A stretch of DNA of 46,541 nt from Candidatus Dormiibacterota bacterium (GCA_035569855.1 DATMMH010000229.1:1-46541); one strand, 5' to 3'; counted from the stretch's first letter, positions 7,591 through 19,736 are shown. Numbers and translations: made by a program. The notes: generated from the letters alone by a model not told the origin.

Positions 7591-7594
7591 GGGG

Positions 7595-9171
<1,577 letters not shown>

Positions 9172-10062
9172 TCAGGCCTTCCGCTCGAGGATGAAGCGCC
9201 CGAGGGCGCGAATGGGCTCGGCGCACGGACCGAGCGGAACCAGGGCCTCGTCGGCCTCGCCGATGAGGAACGCGGCTCGCGCCCGCGAGGCCTCGATGCC
9301 GTGGATCGCGGGATAGGTCGCCTTCTGCTGGATCTGGTCCTTGCCCGCGGTCTTGCCGAGCTCCTCGGAGCTCGACACCACGTCGAGGATGTCGTCCACG
9401 ATCTGGAAGGCCAGGCCCAGGTCGGCGCCGGCCACGCTGAGCGCGCGCACCGCCGAGGGGTCCGCGCCGCACAGCATCGCGCCCACGCGCAGCGAGGTGC
9501 GGATGAGCGCGCCCGTCTTGTGGGCGTGGATGTAGTCCACCGTGTCGGCGCCGACCTTCTTGCCCTCCGCCTCCAGATCGGCCACCTGGCCGGCCACCAT
9601 GCCGTCGTGGCCGGCGGCGTCGGCGATGTCGAGGATGACGTCGCGCAGGGCGCCCGCGTGCACGTGGCGCGCGTTGTCGGCCACCAGGCGGAAGGCCAGG
9701 GTCAGGAGCGCGTCGCCGGCCAGGATCGCGGTGGCCTCGCCGAAGACCTTGTGGTTGGTGGGCATGCCGCGGCGGAAGTCGTCGTTGTCCATCGCGGGCA
9801 GGTCGTCGTGGACCAGCGAGTACGTGTGGATCAGCTCGAGCGCGCACGCGGTAGGCATCACCCGCTCGGCGCTGCCGCCCACCGCCTCGGCCCCCGCGAT
9901 CACCAGCACCGGGCGCAGCCGCTTGCCGCCCGCGAACACGCTGTAGCGCATCGCCTTGTGCAGGCTCTCCGGCCGGTCGCTCTCGGCGGGGAGGAAGCGG
10001 TCCAGGGCCGCGTCGACCGCGGCGGCCCGCTGCTTCATGTAGTCGCCGAGATCGAAGCTCAT
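9172..10062 (-). CDS. ispA: polyprenyl (farnesyl/geranylgeranyl) diphosphate synthase
   Basis: HDDLPAMDNDDFRRG and the second Asp-rich motif FQIVDDILD are present. 296 aa. Confidence 0.9.
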   Translation of the reverse strand: MSFDLGDYMKQRAAAVDAALDRFLPAESDRPESLHKAMRYSVFAGGKRLRPVLVIAGAEAVGGSAERVMPTACALELIHTYSLVHDDLPAMDNDDFRRGMPTNHKVFGEATAILAGDALLTLAFRLVADNARHVHAGALRDVILDIADAAGHDGMVAGQVADLEAEGKKVGADTVDYIHAHKTGALIRTSLRVGAMLCGADPSAVRALSVAGADLGLAFQIVDDILDVVSSSEELGKTAGKDQIQQKATYPAIHGIEASRARAAFLIGEADEALVPLGPCAEPIRALGRFILERKA

Positions 10063-10298
10063 GCGCGGTCGTCGTCGGGCAGATCGTAGGGCGAGGTCTT
10101 GAGCGCGCCGGTCTCGTCCCGCGTCAGGACCTCGATGCGCTTCTCGGCCTCGTCGAGGTACTTGCCGCAGCGGCGGGCCAGCCCCACGCCTTCCTCGAAG
10201 ACCTGCAGCGACTCCTCGAGCGAGAGGTTCCCCGCCTCGAGCTGATCCACGATCTGCTCGAGGCGCTGCAGCGCCGCTTCAAACTTGAGGTCGGTCAT
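10059..10298 (-). CDS. xseB: exodeoxyribonuclease VII small subunit
   Basis: MTDLKFEAALQRLEQIVDQLEAGNLSLEESLQVFEEGV is a typical XseB sequence. I chose the internal ATG at 10298. Its stop overlaps the ispA start (ATGA). Confidence 0.9.
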   Translation of the reverse strand: MTDLKFEAALQRLEQIVDQLEAGNLSLEESLQVFEEGVGLARRCGKYLDEAEKRIEVLTRDETGALKTSPYDLPDDDRA

Positions 10299-11637
10299 CC
10301 CGTTCCTTGAGGCGCTCCACCCGGGCCTCCAGTGCGCCCCGGTGCAGCAGCACCTCGATGGCATCGCCCGGGCGTGCCTGCGTCGCGCTGCGGACGATCA
10401 CGCCCGACGGCAGCAGGCGGGTCAGGCTGTACCCTCGCCCGAGCACCGCCAGCGGTGAGAGGCTGTCGAGCTGTCCCACCACCCCGTCGAACCGATGACG
10501 GGACGTCTTCGCGCCGTACGCGGCCGCCGCCACGAGCCGGCCGTGGAGCTGCGACAGCAGCACCGCGCCGTTGGCAATCCTAGCCACCGGATTCAGAGAG
10601 CGCAAGGCGTTTCTGGCCAGCGACAGCCGATGCTCGGTCTGCCCCGCGCGAGTGCGCGCGCCCCGGGCCAGCCGGGCGCCCAGCTCGTCGAGGCGCCGGT
10701 GCATGTCGCGCAGGGCGCGCGAGGCGTCGGTGAGCACGCGGCGCTTGGCCGCGTGATCGAGTCGCTCCCGCTCGCGCTCGAGCCGGCCGGTGATCGCCTG
10801 CTTGAGACCTTCGTAGAGCTCGAGCAGCGCGCGGGCGACCTGGAGCTTCTCCTGCACCACCAGCTCCGCGGCGGCGGAGGGGGTCGGCGCGCGCAGGTCG
10901 GCCACGAAATCGGCGATGGTGAAGTCGGTCTCGTGGCCCACCGCCGAGATCACCGGCACCCGGCAGGCCGCGATCGCGCGGGCCACCCGCTCGTCGTTGA
11001 ACGCCCACAGGTCCTCGATCGAGCCGCCCCCGCGCCCCACGATCACCACGTCGAGATCGGAGACCTCCTCGAGGTCGCGGAGCGCGCGCACGATCTCGCC
11101 CGGTGCGTCCTCGCCCTGCACGCGCACCGGGGTGATCAGGACCCGCAGGTCGGCGAAGCGCCGGTCGATGACGTGGAGCATGTCGCGGATGGCCGCGCCG
11201 GTGGGCGACGTGACGATGCCGATCGTGCGGGGGAACGGCGGCAGCGGGCGCTTGCGGGCGGCGTCGAAGAGCCCCTCGGCGTCCAGCCGGCGCTTGAGCT
11301 GCTCGAACGCGAGCTGGAGCGCGCCCACGCCCTTCGGCTCCAGCAACTCGACGACCAACTGGTACTCCCCACGGGCGAGGTAGACGTCGAGGCCGCCGAA
11401 GGCCAGCACCTGCATGCCGTCCTCCGGCTGGAAAGCCACCCGGCGCCCGCGGCTCCGGAACAGCACGCAGCGGAGCTGGGCCCCGTCGTCCTTCAGGGTG
11501 AAGTAGGCGTGCCCCGACGACGGCGTGCGGAGGTTGCTGATCTCCCCCTCCACCCACACCGCCGGGAACGAATCCTCGAGCTGCGCCTTGATGCGCGTGG
11601 CCAGCTCGCTCACCGTCAACACCGCCCGCTCGCTCAT
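10279..11637 (-). CDS. xseA: exodeoxyribonuclease VII large subunit
   Basis: 452 aa with an OB-fold N-terminus (VWVEGEISN..RTPSSGHAYFTLKD) and catalytic core (GRGGGSIEDLWAFNDE). Confidence 0.92.
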   Translation of the reverse strand: MSERAVLTVSELATRIKAQLEDSFPAVWVEGEISNLRTPSSGHAYFTLKDDGAQLRCVLFRSRGRRVAFQPEDGMQVLAFGGLDVYLARGEYQLVVELLEPKGVGALQLAFEQLKRRLDAEGLFDAARKRPLPPFPRTIGIVTSPTGAAIRDMLHVIDRRFADLRVLITPVRVQGEDAPGEIVRALRDLEEVSDLDVVIVGRGGGSIEDLWAFNDERVARAIAACRVPVISAVGHETDFTIADFVADLRAPTPSAAAELVVQEKLQVARALLELYEGLKQAITGRLERERERLDHAAKRRVLTDASRALRDMHRRLDELGARLARGARTRAGQTEHRLSLARNALRSLNPVARIANGAVLLSQLHGRLVAAAAYGAKTSRHRFDGVVGQLDSLSPLAVLGRGYSLTRLLPSGVIVRSATQARPGDAIEVLLHRGALEARVERLKERDDRPQV

Positions 11638-11650
11638 GCCCTCCGACCGT

Positions 11651-12529
11651 TTAGCTCTGACTGGAGGCGAGAGGGTTCAGGAGCTGGCGCTGGGCGGCGC
11701 GGTGCGTGTTGCGCATGAGCATCGCGATGGTCATGGGGCCGACGCCGCCGGGCACCGGGGTGATGGCGCGGGCCTTCACGCTCACCGAGTCGAACTGCAC
11801 GTCGCCGGCGAGCCGGCCAGTGGAGAGGCGGTTCACGCCCACGTCGATGACGACGACCCCCTCGCGGACCATGTCCCCGGTGATCACGCCCGGCTTACCG
11901 GCCGCGACGCACAGGATGTCGGCGCGGCGGCAGTGCGCGGCCAGGTCGCGCGTACGGGTGTGGCACATGGTCACGGTCGCGTTGCGGGCGAGCAGGAGCT
12001 GCGCGAGCGGCTTGCCGACCAGGCGGGAGCGGCCCACCACGACCGCCTCGGCGCCCTCGATCGGGATGCCGTAGTGGTCGAGGATCTCGATGCAGCCGGC
12101 CGGCGTGCACGGGATCGCGCCCGGCTTGCCGCCCAGCAGATTGCCCAGGTTCACCGGGTGGAGCCCGTCGACGTCCTTCTCGGGCAGGATGGCGGCCACC
12201 GCCTGGTCCTCGTCCATGCCCTTCGGCAGCGGAAGCTGCAGCAGGATGCCGTGGACGGAGCGGTCGCGGTTGATCCCCGCGATGGTCTCGAGCAGCTCGC
12301 CCTGGGGGCAACCCTGCGGGAAGAGGAAATCGCGCGTGGAGATGCCCACCTCGTCGGCGGTGCGCTTCTTGTTCCGGATGTAGACCTGCGAGGCGGGGTC
12401 TTCGCCGACCAGGATGACGGCCAGCGTGGGCTGCGCGCCGGTCTTCTCGCGGAGAACGGCGACGTTGGCCTTCACGTCGGCCAGGACCTTCGCCGCGACC
12501 TCCTTGCCGCTCAGGATCAGCAACGGCAC
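11651..12529 (-). CDS. folD: bifunctional methylenetetrahydrofolate dehydrogenase/cyclohydrolase
   Basis: 292 aa containing LAVILVGEDPASQVYIRNK, VVVGRSRLVGKP and PVPGGVGPMT. Confidence 0.95.
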   Translation of the reverse strand: MPLLILSGKEVAAKVLADVKANVAVLREKTGAQPTLAVILVGEDPASQVYIRNKKRTADEVGISTRDFLFPQGCPQGELLETIAGINRDRSVHGILLQLPLPKGMDEDQAVAAILPEKDVDGLHPVNLGNLLGGKPGAIPCTPAGCIEILDHYGIPIEGAEAVVVGRSRLVGKPLAQLLLARNATVTMCHTRTRDLAAHCRRADILCVAAGKPGVITGDMVREGVVVIDVGVNRLSTGRLAGDVQFDSVSVKARAITPVPGGVGPMTIAMLMRNTHRAAQRQLLNPLASSQS

Positions 12530-12531
12530 GA

Positions 12532-13326
12532 TCAGCTGGCGAGGGGGACGCGCAGACGCTCGATGGACAGGCCGCGACCGGATTCGGGGTCGATGCGGAT
12601 CACCGCGCCCTGGAGCATGGCCGGCCCCTTGGCGGGCTCGAAACGATTCGGCATCTGGGAGAGGAAGCGCCCGAGGGCCAGCTCCGGCTCCACCCCGATC
12701 ACGGAGTCGACCGGGCCGGTGAGGCCGAGGTCGGTGATGTAGGCGGTGCCCTTGGGCAGGAGCCGCTCGTCCGCGGTCTGCACGTGGCGATGGGTCCCGA
12801 CCACCGCGCTCACGCGCCCGTCGAGGTGCCAGCCCATCGCCTGCGACTCCGACGTCGCCTCGGCGTGCATGTCGACCACGATGATGGGCGTCTCGGCGCG
12901 CAGCCGCTCCAGCTCCTCGTCGGCCTTGCGGAACGGGCAGTCCAGCATGGGCAGGAACACGCGCCCCATCAGGTTCAGCACCGCGACCTTGTGCGGCCCG
13001 GCCTTGATCACGATGGAGCCCGCGCCCGGAGTGCCGGGCGGGTAGTTGGCCGGGCGCAGGAGGAGGTTCTCCTTGCCGATGTACTCGATGATCTCCTTCT
13101 TGTCCCAGATGTGGTTGCCGGAGGTCATCACGTCCACGCCTTGCTCGAGAAAGGTCCGCGCGATCAGCGGCGTGACCCCGAAGCCCGAGGCGGAGTTCTC
13201 CACGTTGACCACCGCCAGGTCGGCCTCGTGCTGCTTCTTGAGCTTGGGCAGGAGCATCTGGACCGCGCGGCGGCCCGGCTCTCCGAACACGTCGCCCACG
13301 CAGATGACGGTGAGCGGCTTGGTCAC
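12532..13326 (-). CDS. ymdB: YmdB-like metallophosphoesterase (TIGR00282-type 2',3'-cyclic-nucleotide phosphodiesterase)
   Basis: The GTG at 13326 overlaps the rny stop (GTGA). Contains [22 protein letters not shown] and GNHIWD. The position directly downstream of rny matches the Bacillus rny-ymdB arrangement. Confidence 0.85.
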   Translation of the reverse strand: MTKPLTVICVGDVFGEPGRRAVQMLLPKLKKQHEADLAVVNVENSASGFGVTPLIARTFLEQGVDVMTSGNHIWDKKEIIEYIGKENLLLRPANYPPGTPGAGSIVIKAGPHKVAVLNLMGRVFLPMLDCPFRKADEELERLRAETPIIVVDMHAEATSESQAMGWHLDGRVSAVVGTHRHVQTADERLLPKGTAYITDLGLTGPVDSVIGVEPELALGRFLSQMPNRFEPAKGPAMLQGAVIRIDPESGRGLSIERLRVPLAS

Positions 13327-14933
13327 TTGGCCACCTCGACCGCGCGGGTCTCGCGGATCACCACGACCTTGATGTGGCCGGGGTACTGCATCTCGGCCTC
13401 GATGCGCTTGGAGATGTCCTTGGCGAGCTGATGCGCGTCGAGGTCGGAGATCTGCTCGGCCTTGGTCATCACGCGTAGCTCGCGTCCGGCCTGGATCGCG
13501 TAGCAGAGCTCCACGCCCTTGTAGGACATGGCGATCTCTTCCAGCTTGGCCAGGCGCTTGATGTAGCTCTCCAGGACGTCGCGGCGGGCGCCGGGCCGGG
13601 CGGCCGAGATCCCGTCGGCGGCCTCGGTCAGCACCGCCTCGATGGTCTCGGGCTCGACGTTCTCGTGGCCGCAGAGCGCCGCGTTGATCACCTGCGGCGA
13701 CTCGTTGTACTTCGTGAGCACCTGCAGCGACAGCTCGGGATGGCTCCCCTCCTGCTCGTGGGTGAGCGCCTTGCCGATGTCGTGGAGCAGACCCATCCGC
13801 TTGGCCAGCTGCACGTCGGCCCCGATCTCCGCGGCCATCATGCCGGCCAGCCACGCCACTTCCTTGGAGTGCTGCAGACAGTTCTGCCCGTACGAGGTCC
13901 GGTATTTCATCCGCCCCACCAGCTTGATCAGCTCGGGATGGAGCCCGTGGACGCCCACCTCGAAGCAGGCCTTGTCGCCCTCCTCGCGGATGTGCTGCTC
14001 CATCTCTTTCTTGACCTTCTCCACCACCTCCTCGATGCGCGCGGGGTGGATGCGACCGTCGGCGATCAGCTTCTGCAGGGCCAGGCGGGCGATCTCGCGA
14101 CGGTAGGGATCGTAGGCGGAGATCAGCACCGCCTCCGGGGTGTCGTCCACGATCAGGTCCACGCCGGTGAACCCCTCGAGCGCGCGGATGTTGCGGCCCT
14201 CGCGCCCGATGATGCGGCCCTTCATGTCGTCGGAGGGCAGGTCCACGATGGAGACCGCGGTCTCCACGGTGTAGTCCGGGGCCAACCGCTGGATGGTGGT
14301 GGCCAGGACCTCCTTGGCCTTGACGTGCGCGGTCTCCCGCGCCTCTTCCTCCAGGCGCATGCCGAGGAGCTGCGCCTCGCGCCGGGCCTCGATCTCGACC
14401 TGGGCCATGAGCTGGCGCTTGCCCTCCTCCGCGGTGAGGCCCGCGATGGACTCGAGCTTGCGGCGCTGCTCCTCGAGGGCCGAGCCCAGGCGGGCTTCCT
14501 TGTCGGCGAGTCCCCGCTCCCGGTCGGCGAGGCCGCGGTCTCGATTCAGGATCTCGGTTTCCCGGCGGTCGAGCTGGTCGAGCCGCCGGGTGAGCTGCTC
14601 TTCCTGGTGGAGCACGCGGCGCTCCACTTCCTGCATCTCCCGCTGCCGCGCGCGGGATTCCTGATCCAGCTCGGCCCGCACCTTCAGGACCAGCTCTTTC
14701 GATTCCAGCTCGGCGGCGCGAATCTTGGCCTCGGCTTCACGCATCTTGGAATCGGCGTCGCCGCGGGCCTGATCCACCAGGCGCTTGGCGTCGTCTAGGA
14801 TGCGGGCGGCGCGGGTCTCCGCGTCGCCCAGCGTGCGCGCGGTGACCGCGCGCGCGCCGAAGTAGCCGACAAAGATGGCCAGGAGAGCGACGACCGGCAG
14901 CAGCACTACCAGCCAGGTCATGGCGTTCATCAA
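13323..14933 (-). CDS. rny: ribonuclease Y
   Basis: 536 aa with an N-terminal TM segment, a long coiled coil, a KH domain ([12 protein letters not shown]) and an HD domain (LLHDIGKA). Confidence 0.93.
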   Translation of the reverse strand: MMNAMTWLVVLLPVVALLAIFVGYFGARAVTARTLGDAETRAARILDDAKRLVDQARGDADSKMREAEAKIRAAELESKELVLKVRAELDQESRARQREMQEVERRVLHQEEQLTRRLDQLDRRETEILNRDRGLADRERGLADKEARLGSALEEQRRKLESIAGLTAEEGKRQLMAQVEIEARREAQLLGMRLEEEARETAHVKAKEVLATTIQRLAPDYTVETAVSIVDLPSDDMKGRIIGREGRNIRALEGFTGVDLIVDDTPEAVLISAYDPYRREIARLALQKLIADGRIHPARIEEVVEKVKKEMEQHIREEGDKACFEVGVHGLHPELIKLVGRMKYRTSYGQNCLQHSKEVAWLAGMMAAEIGADVQLAKRMGLLHDIGKALTHEQEGSHPELSLQVLTKYNESPQVINAALCGHENVEPETIEAVLTEAADGISAARPGARRDVLESYIKRLAKLEEIAMSYKGVELCYAIQAGRELRVMTKAEQISDLDAHQLAKDISKRIEAEMQYPGHIKVVVIRETRAVEVAK

Positions 14934-15014
14934 TCACTCCATCCCGGGTGGTAACCCGGTCCGGATCACGTGCACTCGAGGCGACGGACGGCAAATAGCC
15001 GCTAAAGTTGACGA

Positions 15015-15044
15015 ATTATAGGCCTCGTCGGAGAGGAATGTCAA
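15015..15044 (-). promoter_or_regulatory. near-consensus sigma70 promoter upstream of rny
   Basis: On the minus strand, TTGACA (15044-15039), an 18-nt spacer and TATAAT (15020-15015). It lies ~80 nt upstream of the rny ATG, which is preceded by GGAG. Confidence 0.5.
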
Positions 15045-15067
15045 CGAAGCCGGCAGGCCCTACGAGG

Positions 15068-15262
15068 AAAGAAAGACCCCACCTCTGCCGTGTGCCGACG
15101 GTGTTTCGAACCTGGTATGCACCAGGTGGGCGCCAAAATGGAGGGCTTTAGGCTTCCCCTCTGGGAGGGGCATGCGCACCACCCTCGTGAGCGGCTCCCA
15201 ATCTTTAAACGAGGTTGAAACTTCCCCCCGGCATCACGAACAGTGCAGGGCCCTTAAGGTGT
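15068..15262 (-). ncRNA. ssrS: candidate 6S RNA (ends approximate)
   Basis: A ~190-nt non-coding stretch lies directly downstream of zapA on the same strand, mirroring E. coli zapA-ssrS. The ends form a long imperfect helix (about 15232-15257 with 15072-15097). Internal hairpins lie at 15156-15170 and 15111-15126. The blocks GCAUGC-hairpin-AAGCCUAAAG and CACCUGG..CCAGGUUCGAA resemble my recollection of E. coli 6S. Confidence 0.55.
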
Positions 15263-15295
15263 ACCCCCGGCCCCGGTGGGTGGTCAAGCGAATCG

Positions 15296-15598
15296 TTATC
15301 TCTCCGGGACCACCGCGTCGAGCAATTGGCGCAGCGCGCCGAGACGAGCGCTCACGTCCTTCTGGTCCACGTCCTGCTCCTTGCGCTCGTCGCGCAGCCG
15401 GAAGAGCTCGTCCGTGATGTCGAGCGCGGCCAGGGCCAGCACCCGTACCGGGTCCTGCCCGGCGGCGTCTCCACGGATCTCGCGAGCGCGGCGGTCGACG
15501 AAGCCGGCGAGCTGCCGGACGTACTCCGGCGCCGCCTCACTGCGGATCGGGTACTTCTGTCCGAGGATCTCGATGTCGACGCGTTGCTTCTCGGCCAT
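15296..15598 (-). CDS. zapA: cell division protein ZapA
   Basis: 100 aa. VDIEILGQKYPIRSEAAPEYVRQLAGFVD...ALAALDITDEL is a typical ZapA pattern. Confidence 0.85.
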   Translation of the reverse strand: MAEKQRVDIEILGQKYPIRSEAAPEYVRQLAGFVDRRAREIRGDAAGQDPVRVLALAALDITDELFRLRDERKEQDVDQKDVSARLGALRQLLDAVVPER

Positions 15599-15631
15599 GG
15601 CGCCCCTCGCGTGTTAGTGCCCGCGCTATTG

Positions 15632-15877
15632 CTATTGAATGTCCAGCCGATCCAGCTCTTTGAGGATGCCGTCGACCTGGGTCAGCACTTCCTTCCGCTC
15701 CTGTCGCAGGCTCTGCAGCTCGGCCCGCTCGCCTTCGAACGTGGCCATCCTGGCCTCGACCGAGACCACCTTGGCCTGCAGGGTGTCGCGCTCTTTCCGG
15801 AGCCGCGTGATGGTCTCGGCGGCCCGGCGCACCGACTTCTCGAGCTGCTCGAGACGTTCCACGAGACCTTCGGCCAT
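15632..15877 (-). CDS. ZapB-like coiled-coil protein (81 aa)
   Basis: I chose the ATG at 15877. The sequence is entirely heptad-like (MAEGLVERLEQLEKSVRRAAETITRLRKERDTLQAKV...) and lies between pheT and zapA. The remainder of the 298-aa track ORF overlaps pheT out of frame. Confidence 0.55.
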   Translation of the reverse strand: MAEGLVERLEQLEKSVRRAAETITRLRKERDTLQAKVVSVEARMATFEGERAELQSLRQERKEVLTQVDGILKELDRLDIQ

Positions 15878-15888
15878 CGCCTCCTCCG

Positions 15889-18324
15889 TCACGCGCCGCG
15901 GACTTCGGCCCGGAACCGCTCGACGACCAGGGCCACGATGCGCTCGTGTAGCCGGTTCACCTCGGCGTCGGTGAGGGTCCGGTCGGGCGCCTGGAAGGTG
16001 AGACTCCAGGCGAGGCTGCGCCGACCCGCGCCGACCTGGCCGCCAGTGTACACGTCGAAGAGGGTGAGGCGTGTGAGCAGCGGCAGGTTCAGGGTCCGGA
16101 TCGCCGCCTCCACCTCCCCCGCGGTCACCTCGGTGCCGACCACGATGGCGAGGTCGCGCTGGACGGCGGGGAAGCGGGGTAGCGGCTCGTACCGGGCGAC
16201 CGGGGGCGGCAGCGCGGCGAGCGCGGTCACCGACAGCTCGGCCACGAAGACGGGCGCCGGGAGATCGAATGCTTCGCGGGCCGCGCGCGCCACCTCGCCG
16301 AACCACCCCAGCTCGACGCCGTCGCGCACGAGCCGGGCCGCACGGCCCTGCTCGAGGTACACGGGGCCGCGGTCGTCCGGCCAGCTCGCGACGTCCGCGT
16401 CGCTCACCCCGGCCGCGGCCAGGGCGAGCTCGGCTATGCCCTTGGCGTCGTACACGTCCACGCGATCCCGCGCGCCGGTGAACCAGGCGCGCGGCGCGCG
16501 AAGACCGGTCAGGGCGATGCCGAGCCACAGCTCTTCATGAGCGGGCCGGTCGCCGTCCTCCGGGCGGTGCGGCGCGAAGATCGTGCCCACCTCGAAGAGG
16601 CGGGCGTCGGGATTCTGGCGGTTTGCGTTGATCGCCAAAGCCTCGAGCAACCCGGGCACGAGCGACGGACGGAGCACCGAGCGCTCGACGGAGAGCGGAT
16701 TCTGCAGTGTGAGGAGTGCGCCGAGGTCGCTCCAGCCCATGCGCTCGAGCCGGTCCGGATCGAGGAAGCTCCAGGTCACGCTCTCGAAGAGCCCGGCTGC
16801 GGTCAGCACCCGGCCCACCGCGCGCGACACCCGGAGACCCGCCGGCCGGTTGACCGGGATGATCTCGCCGCCCCCGGCCAGCACGAGCGGGATCTTGTCG
16901 TAGCCCCAGATGCGGACGATCTCCTCGACCAGATCGTCTTCCTGGTGGATGTCGCGCCGGAAGCTCGGCACGACCACCTGGACGTCTTCGGCCGAGCCGT
17001 CCACCGCGAACCCCAGCCCCTGGAGGATCCGCACTGCCTCCTCGCGCGGCGGGGCCGCGCCGATCACACGCTCCACCCGGGAGAGACGGAGCCCGAGGCG
17101 GCGATGCGGCCGCGGGTCGGGATAGGCGTCGAGCACTCCGCGCGCCACCGTGCCCCCGCCGAGCTCGGCCATGAGCTGGGCGGCGCGGGCCAGCACGTCG
17201 GGCGGGGCCTCGACGTCCCCTCCCCGCTCGAATCGGTACGCGGCATCCGTCGACAGACCGAGCGCCCGTGATGTCCGCCGGATCGAGCCCGGATCCCAGT
17301 ACGCGGCCTCGAGCAGCACGCTGGTGGTGCTCGCGGTCACCTCGCTGTCGGCGCCGCCCATGACCCCGCCGATCCCCATCGCCCGCTCCGGGTCGCAGAC
17401 CAGGGCCATGTCGGGACCCAGCGCGCGCTCCTGACCGTCGAGGGTCTTGACCCGCTCGCCCGGACGAGCCCGGCGCACCACGACCTTGTGCTGGGCGAGC
17501 ATCTCGAGGTCGAAGGCGTGGAGTGGCTGCCCCAGCTCCCACATGATGTAGTTGGTCACGTCAACCAGGTTGTTGATCGGCCGCAGGCCGACCGCGCGCA
17601 GCCGCTGGGCCAGCCACGGCGGCGACGGCTTCACGGTGAGCCCGGTGACGACGCGGGCACAGAAGCGCGGGCAGAGATCCGGCGCCTGCACCTCGATCGC
17701 GGCGAGCGTGGAGGCGTCCGGCTCGCTCTCGCTGACCAACACCTTGGGGAAGCGGAACGGGGCGCCGGTGAGCGCCGCGATCTCCCGCGCGACCCCGACC
17801 ACCGCGAGCGCGTCGGGACGGTTGGGCGTGATCTCGATGTCGAGGACCCAGTCGTCGAGCCCGAGGTAGGTCGTGAGATCGGCGCCCAGCGGAGCCTCGG
17901 GCGGCAGCACGAGGATGCCGCTATGGTCGTCGCTCAAGCCCAGCTCCTTCTCGGAGCAGAGGATGCCCTCGGAGACCACCCCACGGATCTTCGCGGCTGC
18001 CACCTCACCGAATCCCGGCAGCCGCGCCCCCGGCGGCGCGAAGGCGGCGCGCAGCCCAGGAGCGGCGTTGGGCGCCCCGCAGACCACGGAGAAGCGGCGA
18101 TCGGGTAGCGCCACCCGCACGAGTCGATTGTGATGGCCCGCCGCGCTCATTCCCAGATCCTGCTCGACGGCCTCGATCTCGCCGACCACCACCCCCGCGA
18201 GTCCCTCCACGACCGGCGCGACCTGCTCGACGCCGATGCCCGCGTTGGTGAGCCGGTCGGCCACCGCGCGCGCGTCCAGCTCGGTGTCGACGAACTCCTT
18301 CAACCAGCGGTAGGTGATCTTCAT
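15889..18324 (-). CDS. pheT: phenylalanine--tRNA ligase beta subunit
   Basis: Starts MKITYRWLKEFVD at 18324, overlapping the pheS stop (ATGA). 811 aa with B3/4, B5 and FDX-ACB region patterns. Confidence 0.93.
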   Translation of the reverse strand: MKITYRWLKEFVDTELDARAVADRLTNAGIGVEQVAPVVEGLAGVVVGEIEAVEQDLGMSAAGHHNRLVRVALPDRRFSVVCGAPNAAPGLRAAFAPPGARLPGFGEVAAAKIRGVVSEGILCSEKELGLSDDHSGILVLPPEAPLGADLTTYLGLDDWVLDIEITPNRPDALAVVGVAREIAALTGAPFRFPKVLVSESEPDASTLAAIEVQAPDLCPRFCARVVTGLTVKPSPPWLAQRLRAVGLRPINNLVDVTNYIMWELGQPLHAFDLEMLAQHKVVVRRARPGERVKTLDGQERALGPDMALVCDPERAMGIGGVMGGADSEVTASTTSVLLEAAYWDPGSIRRTSRALGLSTDAAYRFERGGDVEAPPDVLARAAQLMAELGGGTVARGVLDAYPDPRPHRRLGLRLSRVERVIGAAPPREEAVRILQGLGFAVDGSAEDVQVVVPSFRRDIHQEDDLVEEIVRIWGYDKIPLVLAGGGEIIPVNRPAGLRVSRAVGRVLTAAGLFESVTWSFLDPDRLERMGWSDLGALLTLQNPLSVERSVLRPSLVPGLLEALAINANRQNPDARLFEVGTIFAPHRPEDGDRPAHEELWLGIALTGLRAPRAWFTGARDRVDVYDAKGIAELALAAAGVSDADVASWPDDRGPVYLEQGRAARLVRDGVELGWFGEVARAAREAFDLPAPVFVAELSVTALAALPPPVARYEPLPRFPAVQRDLAIVVGTEVTAGEVEAAIRTLNLPLLTRLTLFDVYTGGQVGAGRRSLAWSLTFQAPDRTLTDAEVNRLHERIVALVVERFRAEVRGA

Positions 18325-19364
18325 CGCCCGGGCAGGCCCGCGAACTGCTGCAGGAAGCGCAGGTCGTTGTCGAAGAAGAGCCGGATGTCGTCGATCTCGT
18401 ACTTGAGCAGGGTGATCCGGTCGATGCCCATGCCGAAGGCCCAGCCCGTCACTTCCTCCGGGTCGTAGCCCACGTTGCGCAGCACGTTGGGGTGGACCAT
18501 GCCCGAGCCCAGGATCTCGAGCCAGCCCGATTCCTTGCAGAACCGGCAGCCGTCGCCGCCGCACTTGAAGCAGCGCACATCCACCTCGGCGGACGGTTCC
18601 GTGAACGGGAAGAACGAGGGCCGGAAGCGCACGGTGGACTTCGAGCCGAACATCTCGCGCGCGAAGAGCTGGAGCGTGGCCTTCAAATCGGCCATCGTGA
18701 TGTGCTTGTCCACCGCGAGACCTTCCACCTGGTGGAACATCGGCGAGTGGGTCGCGTCGAGGATGTCGCGGCGGTAGACCTTGCCGAGGCAGATGATCCG
18801 CACCGGCGGCCGCTGGGCCTTCATGGTGCGGATCTGCACCGGGGAGGTGTGCGTGCGCAGGAGCGCGTCCGCCCCGACGTGAAAGGTATCCTGCATGTCC
18901 CGCGCGGGGTGATCGTCGGGGAAATTCAGCGCCGCGAAGTTGTAGTAGTCCGACTCCACTTCGGGCCCCTCCGCCACCGAGAAACCGAGCCCCTCGAAGA
19001 CGTCGATGATCTCCTCGGTGACCCGCGTGAGGGGGTGCACCGCGCCCGACGGCGGGCGGCGGCCGGGCAGGGTGAGATCGGGCCGGTCCGCCGCGAGGGT
19101 GCGCTGGTGCTCGGCCGCCTTCAGCTCGTCGAGGCGGGCCGCGATGCGCTCCTCGAGCTGGGTCTTGGCCAGGTTGGCCTGCTGGCCCACCTTGGGCCGG
19201 TCCGCGGCCGGAATGTTGCCGAGCGAGCGCAGCACGGTGGTGAGCTCGCCGGCGCGGCCGAGCACGCGGACGCGCACCTGCTCGAGGTCAGACGTGGAGC
19301 GGGCCCCGGCGACCTCCGCCAGGGCCCGATCGAGGACCTCCTGGACCCGCGGGTCCCCCGCCAC
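18321..19364 (-). CDS. pheS: phenylalanine--tRNA ligase alpha subunit
   Basis: 347 aa containing HPARDMQDTF, FRPSFFPFTEPSAEVD and GWAFGMGIDR. Confidence 0.95.
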   Translation of the reverse strand: MAGDPRVQEVLDRALAEVAGARSTSDLEQVRVRVLGRAGELTTVLRSLGNIPAADRPKVGQQANLAKTQLEERIAARLDELKAAEHQRTLAADRPDLTLPGRRPPSGAVHPLTRVTEEIIDVFEGLGFSVAEGPEVESDYYNFAALNFPDDHPARDMQDTFHVGADALLRTHTSPVQIRTMKAQRPPVRIICLGKVYRRDILDATHSPMFHQVEGLAVDKHITMADLKATLQLFAREMFGSKSTVRFRPSFFPFTEPSAEVDVRCFKCGGDGCRFCKESGWLEILGSGMVHPNVLRNVGYDPEEVTGWAFGMGIDRITLLKYEIDDIRLFFDNDLRFLQQFAGLPGR

Positions 19365-19366
19365 GC

Positions 19367-19723
19367 TCAGGCGCGCTGGGCGCGAGCCGTCTCGGCCAGC
19401 TTGGCGAAGGCCGTCGGATCGGACACCGCCAGCTCGGCGAGGATCTTGCGATCCAGCGCGACGCCGGCCTTCTTGAGCCCGGCCATGAACACCGAGTACG
19501 AGAGCCCGAGCTGCCGGCAGGCCGCGTTGACCCGGATGATCCAGAGAGCGCGTGCGCGCCGCTTCTTCTGCTTGCGGCCCCGGTAGGCGAAGGCGCCCGC
19601 GCGGAGCACCGTCTCGGCGGCCGGACGGTACAGCTTGCGGCGCCCGCCGAAGTAGCCCTTGGCCTGCTTGAGGATCTTCTTCCTGCGATGACGGGTCTTG
19701 GCCCCGCCCTTTGCCCGTGGCAT
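19367..19723 (-). CDS. rplT: 50S ribosomal protein L20
   Basis: [26 protein letters not shown]..., 118 aa. Confidence 0.97.
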   Translation of the reverse strand: MPRAKGGAKTRHRRKKILKQAKGYFGGRRKLYRPAAETVLRAGAFAYRGRKQKKRRARALWIIRVNAACRQLGLSYSVFMAGLKKAGVALDRKILAELAVSDPTAFAKLAETARAQRA

Positions 19724-19736
19724 GACTGGCTCCCTG

